A DNA stretch of 64,000 nucleotides, taken from the NCBI GenBank assembly GCA_963763775.1, contig CAVXPZ010000001.1, positions 768,001 through 832,000 of the forward strand, written 5' to 3'. Source of the stretch: an uncultured Chloroflexia bacterium (lineage in GTDB: Bacteria > Chloroflexota > Limnocylindria > Limnocylindrales > CSP1-4). The position numbers and the translations under genes are program-made. How positions within the stretch are numbered: the stretch's first letter is position 1; each line of letters starts with the position of its first letter. A model generated the notes under the pieces. That model saw nothing but the letters and a program-made list of their open reading frames with translations, searched no databases and was not told where the DNA came from. Positions 20,429 to 29,957 of the stretch are shown here, in pieces.

Positions 20429-21424
20429 ATGCGACGCGCGGTGAGCTTCCGCACCATCGCCCCATATGCCCTGCTGCTGCCGGGCCTCCTCTGGCTCGCG
20501 ATCTTCTTCGTCTACCCGGCCATCCAGATGTTCCTCGTGTCGCTGTGGACCGGGTCCATCTCGACCGGGTTCACGCAGACGTGGAACTGGGGCATCTACC
20601 CGGAGGCGTTCTCCGAGTACTGGCCCTGGATCGGCCGCTCCATCGTGTATGGCGGCCTCGCCACGATCCTGGCGTTCTCGCTGGGCTTCCCGCTCGCGTA
20701 CGCGATCGCGTTCCGCGGCGGCGCCTACAAGAACCTGCTGCTGTTCATGGTCATCGCGCCGTTCTTCACGAGCTTCCTGCTGCGGACGATCTCCTGGAAG
20801 ATCATCCTCTCGGACGACGGGATCTTCCTCGGACCGCTCAAGACGATCGGGATCATCCCGGCCGACTTCCAGCTGCTCGCGACGCCAGCGGCCGTGATCG
20901 CCGGGATCACGTACAACTTCCTGCCGTTCATGACGCTGCCGCTGTACGTCGCCCTCGAGAAGATCGACCGGCGGCTGCTGGAGGCGGCGTCCGACCTGTA
21001 CGCCGGGCCGTGGCGCCCGCGCGGCACCATCGTCGGGGCCATCGTCGGCGGCGTCCTCGGCGCCATCGTCGGCATCGTCATGGACTACGGCCCGCTCTCG
21101 CTCGGCATCCCCGGGCTGATCCTCGGCATGCTCGTCGGGACGTTCCTGATCAGCGAGGCCTTCATCCGGGTCACGCTCCCGCTCGCCTTGCCTGGCATCT
21201 TCGCCGGCTCGCTGCTGGTGTTCATCCCGGCGGTCGGCGACTACATCAACGCGGAGCTGCTCGGCAACCCGCAGTCCCTGATGATCGGCAACGTCATCCA
21301 GGCGCGGTACCTCAAGGTGACGGACTATCCGACCGCGTCGGCGCTGTCGTTCATCCTCATGGCCGCGATCCTCGTCGGCGTCCTCATCTACACCCGACTC
21401 CTCGGGACCGAGGAGCTGGTCTGA
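20429..21424 (+). CDS. potB: Spermidine/putrescine ABC permease PotB-like, with hydrophobic insertion
   Basis: LGFPLAYAIA, IAPFFTSFLLRTISW, YNFLPFMTLPLY, LLEAASDL, FIPAVGDY, MIGNVI. Confidence 0.9.
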   Translation: MRRAVSFRTIAPYALLLPGLLWLAIFFVYPAIQMFLVSLWTGSISTGFTQTWNWGIYPEAFSEYWPWIGRSIVYGGLATILAFSLGFPLAYAIAFRGGAYKNLLLFMVIAPFFTSFLLRTISWKIILSDDGIFLGPLKTIGIIPADFQLLATPAAVIAGITYNFLPFMTLPLYVALEKIDRRLLEAASDLYAGPWRPRGTIVGAIVGGVLGAIVGIVMDYGPLSLGIPGLILGMLVGTFLISEAFIRVTLPLALPGIFAGSLLVFIPAVGDYINAELLGNPQSLMIGNVIQARYLKVTDYPTASALSFILMAAILVGVLIYTRLLGTEELV

Positions 21425-22314
21425 TGGCTGTCGCGACCGTGGCCTCCACCCGTCCCGCGTCCCTTGGCGACCGGCTCCACCGGGCTGCCGATCGGTGGCT
21501 CCTGCCGATCTACGTCGTGGGCGTGACCCTGTACCTGATCCTGCCGGTCCTCGTGATGATCGCGTTCAGCTTCAACGACCCGGCCGGCCGGTCCAACCTC
21601 CAGTGGCGTGGCTTCTCGCTCGACGCCTGGATGAACCCGCTCGGGCGCCCGGGCCTCCCCGAGGCGGTCCGGAACAGCCTCCTCATCGCCTTCCTGTCGA
21701 CGATCGTCGCGACGATGCTCGGGACGCTGATCGCGCTGGCGCTCGTCCGGTACTCCTTCCGGGGCCGATCCGGGACGAACCTGCTGATCTTCCTCCCGAT
21801 GTCGACGCCGGAGATCGTGCTCGGAGCCTCGCTCCTGACGACGTTCGTGGCGTCGGTCAAGCTGCCGTTCATCCCCCAGGGGATCGTCTATCCGCTCAGC
21901 ATCACCACGATCGTCATCGCCCACATCATGTTCTGCATCAGCTTCGTGGTCGTCACCGTGAAGGCCCGGTTGCAGGGGTTCCCGAGGCACCTCGAGGAGG
22001 CGGCCATGGACCTCGGCGCCAACGAATGGACGACCTTCTGGAAGGTGACGTTCCCGCTCATCCTCCCGGGCATCGCGGCCGCGGGGCTGCTCGCGTTCAG
22101 CCTGTCGATCGACGACTACGTGGTGACGAGCTTCACGGCCGGCCAGACCCAGACCTTCCCGCTCTTCATCTACGGTTCCCAGCTGCGCGGCATCCCCGTC
22201 CAGGTGAATGTCATCGGCACCATCATCTTCGTGGTGGCGGTCATGTTCGTCCTCATGACGACGCTCTGGCAGCGTCGGGTGGCCGCGAGGGAGTACAACA
22301 GCGGCATCGTCTGA
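21424..22314 (+). CDS. potC: Spermidine/putrescine ABC permease PotC-like
   Basis: YLILPVLVMIAFSFN, PEIVLG, LEEAAMDLGA, AFSLSIDDYVVTSF, PVQVNVIGT. Confidence 0.92.
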   Translation: MAVATVASTRPASLGDRLHRAADRWLLPIYVVGVTLYLILPVLVMIAFSFNDPAGRSNLQWRGFSLDAWMNPLGRPGLPEAVRNSLLIAFLSTIVATMLGTLIALALVRYSFRGRSGTNLLIFLPMSTPEIVLGASLLTTFVASVKLPFIPQGIVYPLSITTIVIAHIMFCISFVVVTVKARLQGFPRHLEEAAMDLGANEWTTFWKVTFPLILPGIAAAGLLAFSLSIDDYVVTSFTAGQTQTFPLFIYGSQLRGIPVQVNVIGTIIFVVAVMFVLMTTLWQRRVAAREYNSGIV

Positions 22315-22342
22315 CGACGACCGCCATCCGGAGGCTTCTCGC

Positions 22343-23671
22343 ATGGTCGACACCGCCGACGCACCCGCTCGCGCCGCCGGGGCTCCCCTCCCCGACCACG
22401 CCGTGGTCCCGCCCGTCTGGGGCCGCATCACCAACCTCGACGTCGATCGCGGCGAGGGATCCTGGCTGATCACCCGCGACGGGGATCGCTACCTCGACTA
22501 TTCGTCGGGGATCGGGGTCACGAACACGGGCCACGCCCACCCACGGGTGGCGGCCGCCGTCGCGGCACAGGCGACGAAGCTGCTCCACGGGCAGCAGAAC
22601 ATCCTCTACCACGAGCCCGGGTTGCGGCTCTACGACCGGTTGCGGCACGTGCTGCCCGGCGGGCCGTGGCAGGCGTTCCTGTCGAACTCGGGCGCGGAGG
22701 CGGTCGAGGCGTCGGTGAAGCTGGCCCGCGCCGCCACGGGCCGCCCGGCGATCATGGCGTTCCGTTACGGCTATCACGGCCGGACCGCCCAGACGATGGC
22801 CCTGACGACCGCGAAGGACGTCTACCGGGCGGCTTTCGAGCCGCTGCCGGGGTCCGTGTACCACACGCCCTACCCGTACTGCTACCGGGCCGCGGGCGGT
22901 CCCCATCCGATCGACGCGTGTACCTGCGATTGGGAGGAGCAGCTCGACCTGACGTTCCACCAGTTCATCTACCCGGACCGCGTGGCGGCGATCATCATCG
23001 AGCCCGTCCTGGGCGAAGGCGGGTATCTCGTCCCGCCGACCGGGTTCCTGCCGCGGCTCCGCGAGATCACCCGCGAGCACGGGATCCTGCTGATCGCCGA
23101 CGAGGTCCAGACGGGCTTCGGCCGGACCGGCGAGATGTTCGCCGTCCAGCATTGGGGCGTCGAGCCCGACATCCTCGTGATGGCCAAGGGCATCGCGTCG
23201 GGCCTCCCGCTGTCGGGCATCCTCGCGCGCCAGGACCTCATGGCCGCCTGGAAACCCGGGACGCACGGCGGCACGTACGGCGGCAATGTGGTGTCATGCG
23301 CGGCCGCGAACGCGACCCTCGACGTCATCGAGGACGAGGGACTCGTGGCCAATGCGCGGGAGCGTGGCCGCCAGTTCCTCGACGGTCTCAGGACCCTGGC
23401 CGGCAAGTACGGGTCGATCGGCGACGTGCGCGGCCTCGGGCTGATGGTCGCGATCGAGCTGGTCAAGCCGGGGATCGGCGACGGCCGCACGCCGGACCCG
23501 GACCTCACGAAACGGATCCAGGCCGAGGCCCTCGCCCGCAAGCTGATCGTGCTGACCGCCGGCACCTACGTGAACGTGGTCCGGATCATCCCGCCCCTGG
23601 TCACGACGGCCGCCGAGGTCGACCAGGCGCTCGGCATCCTCGACGAGGCGCTGGCCGCCGCCGGGGCGTGA
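22343..23671 (+). CDS. Class III PLP-dependent aminotransferase (4-aminobutyrate/diamine aminotransferase-like)
   Basis: NSGAEAVE, GYHGRT, IIEPVLGEGGY, LIADEVQTGFGRTG, AKGIASGLPL, GGTYGGN. Confidence 0.92.
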   Translation: MVDTADAPARAAGAPLPDHAVVPPVWGRITNLDVDRGEGSWLITRDGDRYLDYSSGIGVTNTGHAHPRVAAAVAAQATKLLHGQQNILYHEPGLRLYDRLRHVLPGGPWQAFLSNSGAEAVEASVKLARAATGRPAIMAFRYGYHGRTAQTMALTTAKDVYRAAFEPLPGSVYHTPYPYCYRAAGGPHPIDACTCDWEEQLDLTFHQFIYPDRVAAIIIEPVLGEGGYLVPPTGFLPRLREITREHGILLIADEVQTGFGRTGEMFAVQHWGVEPDILVMAKGIASGLPLSGILARQDLMAAWKPGTHGGTYGGNVVSCAAANATLDVIEDEGLVANARERGRQFLDGLRTLAGKYGSIGDVRGLGLMVAIELVKPGIGDGRTPDPDLTKRIQAEALARKLIVLTAGTYVNVVRIIPPLVTTAAEVDQALGILDEALAAAGA

Positions 23672-24267
23672 CCGTCGTCGTCCTTCCTGCGACGCCCGAG
23701 CGGTGGGACGACGTCGCGGCCGTGTTCGCCGGCGACGGGCCCAAGGGCTGCTGGTGCCACGTCTGGCGCACGCTCAGCCCCATCCCGCCAGCGCAGGGTG
23801 ACGGCTCCGGCGAGCGGAACCTGCGGACCCAGGTCGAGACGGACCCGACGCCGCCCGGTCTGCTCGCCTACGACGATGGCGTCCCGTCAGGCTGGATCCG
23901 GCTCGGACCGCGTGACGGCATCGGGCGGCTCGTCCGGTCGAGGACGATCCCGCGGATCGACGACGTGCCCGTCTGGTCGATCGTGTGCTTCAAGGTCCTG
24001 CCCGGCCATCGCCGCAAGGGCGTCGCGCGGGCGCTGCTGGCTGGGGCCGTGGACTTCGCGAGCGGTTCGGGGGCCCCGGCGCTCGAGGCCTACCCCATCG
24101 ACGCGGGGGGCCGGCGCCTCGACGTGTCGTTCTCGTTCGTCGGCTTCACCTCGATGTTCGAGGCGGCCGGGTTCCGAAGGGTGGCCGAGACGAACGCCCA
24201 TAGCGCCGGGCGGCCGCGGATCCTCATGCGCCTCGACCTGACCGAGGCGGCCGTCACGGCCGGCTAG
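23668..24267 (+). CDS. GNAT-family N-acetyltransferase (CWC type)
   Basis: GCWCHVWR, VWSIVCFKV..HRRKGVARALL, LEAYP, SMFEAAGF; GTGA overlap with the aminotransferase. Confidence 0.85.
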   Translation: MTVVVLPATPERWDDVAAVFAGDGPKGCWCHVWRTLSPIPPAQGDGSGERNLRTQVETDPTPPGLLAYDDGVPSGWIRLGPRDGIGRLVRSRTIPRIDDVPVWSIVCFKVLPGHRRKGVARALLAGAVDFASGSGAPALEAYPIDAGGRRLDVSFSFVGFTSMFEAAGFRRVAETNAHSAGRPRILMRLDLTEAAVTAG

Positions 24268-25535
24268 ACCAGCCCGACCTCGCGAGCCTCGCGGGTCAAG
24301 GCGTCGCGGTGGTCCGGGTGCGCGATCCCGATGAGGGAGGCGGCCCGCTCGCGCAGGGACCGGCCGAAGAGCTCGGCGACGCCATACTCGGTGACGATCG
24401 TCCGGGCATGGGCACGGGTGGTCACGACGCCGGCGCCCTCCTTGAGCGTGGCCACGATCCGGGACATCGATCCGCCGGCGGCGGTCGACGGCAGGGCGAT
24501 GATCGCGCGGCCCTCCGAAGCCAGCGCGGCGCCACGGATGAAGTCCATCTGGCCGCCGACACCGCTGTACACATGCGATCCGATGGAGTCGGCGACGACC
24601 TGGCCGGTCAGGTCGACCTCGATGGCGGAGTTGATCGCCGTCATCCGGCTGAACGAGCGGATGACGTGCGTGTCGTTCGTGAAATCGACCGAGCGCATCT
24701 CGATCATCGGGTTGTCGTGGACGAACCGGTACAGCCGGTCGCTGCCCATCATGAACGCCGTCACGATCTTCCCGCGGTTGCGCTCCTTGCGCGCTCCCGT
24801 GATGACGCCCGCCTCCACGAGGTCGACCACGCTGTCGGTGAACATCTCGGTGTGGACACCGAGGTCGCGGTGGTCGCGAAGCGCCAGGGCCGTCGCGGCC
24901 GGGATGGCCCCGATCCCCAGCTGGATCGTGGCGCCGTCCGGCACGAGCTCGGCGACGTACTGGCCGATCCGGCGCTCGATGTCGCCGATCGGGCCGACCG
25001 GCCGGGCGTACGGGGGGATGTCGACTTCGATCGCGAGGTCGATGTCGTCGACGTGGATGAAGCTCTCGCCGAGCGTGCGCGGGAGCGCGGGGTTGAGCTG
25101 GGCGATGACGGTCGTCGCCGCGCGGATCGCCGCATGCATCGCCTCCACCGAGACGTTCAGCGAGCAGAAGCCGTGGGCGTCCGGCGGGGTCACGTTCACG
25201 AGGACGGCATCGAGCGGGACCGCCCCGGATTCGAACAGCCGCGGCACGTCCGAGAGGAAGACCGGGACATAGTCCGCACGGCCCTCGCGGATCGCCGCCC
25301 GGGCGTTCGGCCCCACGAACAGGGCCCGGTGCCGGAAGTGCCCGGCCATCTCCGGCGCGAGGTGCGGGCCCGGACCTTCCGTGTGCAGGTGGACCATCCC
25401 CACGTCGCGCAACTCTGGCGCGCGCGCCACGAGCGCGTCGAGCAGGACGCTCGGCGCCGCGGCCGCGCATTGGACATAGACCTGGTCGCCGGAACGGATC
25501 CCGGCGACGGCCTCGTCAGGGGCGACGATTCGCAT
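24264..25535 (-). CDS. Acetyl-CoA hydrolase/4-hydroxybutyrate CoA-transferase family protein
   Basis: DGATIQLGIGAIP, LGVHTEM, INSAIEVDLTGQV, SGVGGQMDF, VTEYGVA. Confidence 0.93.
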   Translation of the reverse strand: MRIVAPDEAVAGIRSGDQVYVQCAAAAPSVLLDALVARAPELRDVGMVHLHTEGPGPHLAPEMAGHFRHRALFVGPNARAAIREGRADYVPVFLSDVPRLFESGAVPLDAVLVNVTPPDAHGFCSLNVSVEAMHAAIRAATTVIAQLNPALPRTLGESFIHVDDIDLAIEVDIPPYARPVGPIGDIERRIGQYVAELVPDGATIQLGIGAIPAATALALRDHRDLGVHTEMFTDSVVDLVEAGVITGARKERNRGKIVTAFMMGSDRLYRFVHDNPMIEMRSVDFTNDTHVIRSFSRMTAINSAIEVDLTGQVVADSIGSHVYSGVGGQMDFIRGAALASEGRAIIALPSTAAGGSMSRIVATLKEGAGVVTTRAHARTIVTEYGVAELFGRSLRERAASLIGIAHPDHRDALTREAREVGLV

Positions 25536-25672
25536 CCGGCACCGGTCGAGATCGTGACAGGAGGTTCATGAGGGACGTCATCGCGAACCCAGCATGCCGG
25601 TGCGGCGCGGGGCGTCCACACGGCCGGATGGCCCGGTCCGAGGGTCCGAGCGGCAGGTTCACGGTCCCGAAC

Positions 25673-26513
25673 CTACCCAGCCAGCAGCCGGTCTCGGACC
25701 GTGTCGTGGAGCAGGCCGTTCGAGGTCAGGAAGGAGCCGCTGTCGATCGCGCGACGGCCGTCGAGGTCCGTGACACGCCCGCCGGCCTCCTCGACGAGGA
25801 CCAGCGGCGCGGCGGCGTCCCACGACTTCAGCCCGACCTCGACCATGGCCTCGGCCGCGCCCTCCGCGACGAGCGCGTAGCCCCAGAAGTCGCCGAATCC
25901 GCGCTCGCGCCAGACGTCGTCGAGCAGGCCGCGTGAACCCGGGGGCGCGACCGGACGCGGCGATGTCGCGGGCCGAGCCGTAGAGCACCTGGGCGTCCTC
26001 GAGTGCCGCGACCCGGGACACCCGGATGCGCCGCGGTGGCTCGCCGCGGTGGCTCGCCCACGCCCCGCCGGCGCGCCAGGCCCACCAGCGCTCGTCGAGC
26101 GCCGGCGCCGACAGCACGGCGGCCTGCAACTCCCCGTCACGCTCGACGGCGAGCAGCGTCCCGAACAACGGCACGCCGCGGATGTAGTTGTGCGTCCCGT
26201 CGATCGGGTCGATGTACCAGCGGACCGAGGCATCGCCGGCCTCGGTGCCGTATTCCTCGCCGACCAGACCGTGGTCCGGGAACGCGTCCAGCAGCCGGCC
26301 GCGGATCATGCGTTCGATCGCGGTGTCCGCCTGGGTGACGAACGTCCGGTCCGGCTTGGTCTCGATGGTCAGGTCGCGTCGGAAGTGCTCGCGCGCGATG
26401 CCGTCGGCCTCGTCGCACGCCGCCATGGCCACGTCGAGCCAGCCGCGCAGCTCGGCGTCCGTGCCACGTCGACGCTCGGCGGACCACTCGGTCCCGTACG
26501 GCCGCTCGCTCAT
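25673..26513 (-). CDS. hisN: Inositol monophosphatase family protein (histidinol-phosphatase HisN-like), frameshift near 25940
   Basis: KPDRTFVTQAD, GEEYG, WYIDPIDGTHNYIRGVP, RGFGDFWGY.LVAEG, WDAAA..LVEEAGG. Confidence 0.8.
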
Positions 26514-28943
26514 GCGCGGATCCGCTCGCTGGCGGGGTCCCACAGCGGCTCGCGCATGACTTCGAACCCGACCCAGTCGCCGAAGACCTCCACTTCGCCG
26601 CGCGTGCCGATCGGCGCCGTCGGCGGGAGGTACGCATACGCGATCGAGCGCTCGACGGCGAAGCCGTAGCCGCCGGAGGTCACCCGGCCGACGATCTCGC
26701 CATCGACCCGGACGGGCTCGTTCCCGAGGCACACCGACCGCGGGTCGTCGAGGACGAGGCAGCGCAGGCGCTTGCGCGGGCCGGCGGCCTTGGCGGCGAC
26801 GAGGGCGTCGCGGCCCAGGAAGTCGGCGGCCTTGTCGAGGGCCACGGCGAACCCGAGCCCTGCCTCGAACGGCGTCTCGTCCGGGGTGATGTCGCTGGAC
26901 CACACGCGGTAGCCCTTCTCGAGCCGGAGGGCGTCGATGGCCCGGTAGCCGCCCGCGGCGAGCCCGTGCGCGGCGCCAGCCTCCCAGAGCGTGTCCCAGA
27001 GCGCCCGGCCGTACTCCGTGGGGGCGTAGAGCTCCCAGCCGAGCTCGCCGACGTAGGTCACCCGCAATGCCAGCACCGGGACGTTGCCCACCGTGATCTC
27101 GCGCGCGGTCAGGTACGGGAAGCCCTCGTCGGAGACGTCGTCGCGCGTGAGCGGGGCGAGGATGTCGCGCGCCCGCGGACCCCAGAGCCCGAAGCAGACC
27201 CGGGACGCGGTGATGTCACGCAGGGCGACGCTCCCGTCGTCGGGCAGGTGCTCCCGAAGCCACGCCGCGTCGTGGTTCCCGACGGCCGTGCCGGTCACGA
27301 GCAGGAACGTCTCGGGCTCGGTCCGCGTGACCGTGAGGTCCGCCTGGATGCCGCCTCGCCGATCGAGCAGCTGCGTGTAGACGATCGAGCCGACGGGACG
27401 GTCGATGACGTTGGCGCACATGCGCTCGAGGAACGCCACCGCCCCTGAGCCCGCTGACCTCGAGCTTGGCGAAGGACGTCTCGTCGAAGAGGCCCGCCGC
27501 GTGGCGCGTCGCCAGCGCCTCCGCGCCGATCGCGGGCGACCAGTGCTCGCCCGCCCAGCCGCGTGGCCGGAGCCCAGCGTCGCCGGCCGCCGCATTGGAC
27601 TCGAACCAGTTGGGCCGCTCCCAGCCTGACTTCTCGCCGAAGACGGCCCCGAGGCCCTGCAATGTCTCGTATGTCGGCGAGGTGCGGAGCGGGCGGCCGG
27701 ACTGGCGCTCCTCGTTCGGGTAGTGGATGTCGTAGTAGGTGGCGTAGTTCTCGATCGATCTCGCCAGCGTGTAGCGCTGCGACCGATAGGCGGGCCCGAA
27801 CCGGCGGATGTCCATCTTCCACAGGTCGAGCTCCGGCTGGCCGTCCACGATCCAGGTCGCCATCTGCCGGCCGATCCCGCCGGCACCGGCGATGCCATGT
27901 GCGGAGAACCCGGCCGCGACGAAGAACCCGCCGACCGCCGATTCGCCGAGGATGAACTCGTTGTCCGGCGTGAACGCCTCCGGGCCGTTGATCACGCGGC
28001 TGACCCGTGCCTCCTCCATGGCCGGCACGCGCCGGATGGCGCCTTCCATGATCGATTCGAACCGGGGCATGTCCGGGGCGAGCAGTTTGCCGTTGAAGTC
28101 CGCGGGGATGCCGTCGAGGCCCCACGGCGCCGGGTCGTGCTCGTAGCCGCCCATGCACAGCCCGCCCACCTCCTCGCGGAAGTAGACGAGGTTGTCCGGG
28201 TCGCGGAGCTGCGGCAGGCCGGCGTGGACGCCGTCGATGGCCTCCGTGAAGAGGTACTGGTGGGCCATCGGGATGATCGGGACGTTGACGCCGACCAGCC
28301 CGCCGATCTCGTTCGCGAACATGCCTCCGGCGTTCACCACGACGTCCGTGGCGATCTCCTGCCGCTCGCCGCGATGCTCGACCGTCACGCCGGTGACTCG
28401 GCCGCGCTCCGTGCCGATCGCGACGACCTTCGTGTGCTGCCGGATCGTCGCGCCGCGCTGGCGGGCGCCGGCCGCGAGCGCCTGCGCGAGCCCGGACGGG
28501 TCGAGCCAGCCGTCGGTCGGGAGCCAGACGGCCCCGAGCACGCCCTCCGTCGACATCAGCGGGAAACGGTCCTGCGCCTCCTTCGCCGAGATCAGGTCCA
28601 GCGGGAGTCCGAACGTCTTCGCCCAGCCGGCCTGCCGACGCAGTTCCTCGAAGCGTTCGGGCGTCGAGGCAAGTCGGAGGGATCCGACCTCATGCCACGA
28701 CGGGTCCGTCCCGGTCTCGGCCGCCAGGCGCCGGTAGAGGGCGGCGCCGTACATCATCATCTTCGTCAGGGTCACGGTGCTGCGCAGTTGCCCGACGAGC
28801 CCGGCCGAATGGAACGTGGACCCGGACGTCAGCTCCGCGCGGTCGACGAGCACGACGTCGGTCCACCCGAGCTCGGTCAGGTGGTAGGCGATCGACGTCC
28901 CGCCGACCCCGCCGCCGATGATGACCGCCCGTGCGTGCTCCAC
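26510..28943 (-). CDS. GcvT-family FAD-dependent oxidoreductase (dimethylglycine/sarcosine dehydrogenase-like), frameshift near 27450
   Basis: IIGGGVGG, SGSTFHSAG, LRDPD, NGPEAFTPD, GWERPNWF, RVTYVGELGWE, LRLEKGYR. Confidence 0.92.
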
Positions 28944-29035
28944 CGCTCGCTGCTCCCTCGTCCGATGTCCCCGACTGCCCCGAAAGCCTAGCCGGTACGC
29001 CGTGACGGCGACGGGGTGGATACGCTTGTGGTGAC

Positions 29036-29953
29036 ATGGCCAGACGAGCACGCCCGACCATCGACGATGTCATCGCGGCGATCCCCGAATGGTCGGGACG
29101 CGCGGTGACGGCCGAGCCGATCCCGGCGGGCCTGACCAACACCAACTACCGCGTGACCGTCGACGGGACGCCGATGTTCGTGCGGATCCCCGGCGCGGCC
29201 ACCGAGCTGCTCGCCGTGGACCGTGGCAACGAGTTGCACAACACGCGCGCCGCCGCCAAGGCCGGCGTGTCACCGCGGGTCGTCCACGCGCTGCCCGAGT
29301 GGGACGCCTTCGTGCTCGAATGGGTCAACGGGCGGACGATGTCGAACGCGGCCTTCGCGGCGTCAGGCATGCCGACGCGCATCGCGGGCGCGCTGCGGCG
29401 GCTCCATGCCGGCCCTCGGTTCCGCGACGACTTCGACATGTTCCGCCTGTCGGAGCGCTACCTCGCGCTGGTCGACGAGCGCGGGTTCGCCGTCCCGACC
29501 GGCTATCGGGAGCGCCTGGACCGGATCCCGAGGATCGAGGCGGCCCTCGCCGTCCATCCGCTGGCGACGGTCCCATGCCACAACGACCTGCTCGCCGAGA
29601 ACTACCTCGATGACGGCGAGCAGCTGTGGATCGTGGACTTCGAGTACAGCGGCAACGATGACCCGACGTTCGAGCTCGGGAACACCGCGCAGGAGCTCGG
29701 CTTCGACGAGGCGCAGGTCCGCGAGCTGTGCGCGGCGTACTTCGGCGAGGCCTCCCCCGCCCTGCTGGCCAGGATGCGGCTCCAGATGATCATGTCGGAC
29801 GTCGGCTGGACGCTCTGGGCGGCGATCCAGGCGCGGATCTCCACGATCGACTACGACTTCACGGCCTGGGCCGAGGAGCGCTGGGCGCGGGCGAGCGCGA
29901 TGCTCGACGGCCCCGAGTTCGAGGGCTGGCTGATGGCCGTCGCGGCCGGCTGA
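29036..29953 (+). CDS. Choline/ethanolamine kinase (APH-fold phosphotransferase)
   Basis: AGLTNTNY, RIPG, DRGNE, Brenner motif CHNDLLAEN, IVDFEYSGNDDPTFELGN. Confidence 0.9.
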   Translation: MARRARPTIDDVIAAIPEWSGRAVTAEPIPAGLTNTNYRVTVDGTPMFVRIPGAATELLAVDRGNELHNTRAAAKAGVSPRVVHALPEWDAFVLEWVNGRTMSNAAFAASGMPTRIAGALRRLHAGPRFRDDFDMFRLSERYLALVDERGFAVPTGYRERLDRIPRIEAALAVHPLATVPCHNDLLAENYLDDGEQLWIVDFEYSGNDDPTFELGNTAQELGFDEAQVRELCAAYFGEASPALLARMRLQMIMSDVGWTLWAAIQARISTIDYDFTAWAEERWARASAMLDGPEFEGWLMAVAAG

Positions 29954-29957
29954 CCCG

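Noticed and set aside
22343-23671. Class III enzyme as a phosphoethanolamine phospho-lyase partnering the choline kinases
   Set aside because: Sequence looks GabT-like and it sits in the pot operon; nothing visible supports lyase specificity
22666-24267. Apparent aminotransferase-GNAT or long GNAT fusion
   Set aside because: Separate genes with a GTGA overlap at 23668-23671
25552-25571. Imperfect palindrome TCGTGAC-N6-TTCATGA upstream of the CoA transferase as a Rex or CRP site
   Set aside because: Spacing fits neither Rex (N4) nor CRP (TGTGA-N6-TCACA); too weak to call
27440-27460. Programmed frameshifting in the GcvT gene (also fba, hisN-like)
   Set aside because: No slippery heptamer or stimulatory structure seen; many similar breaks point to sequencing indels
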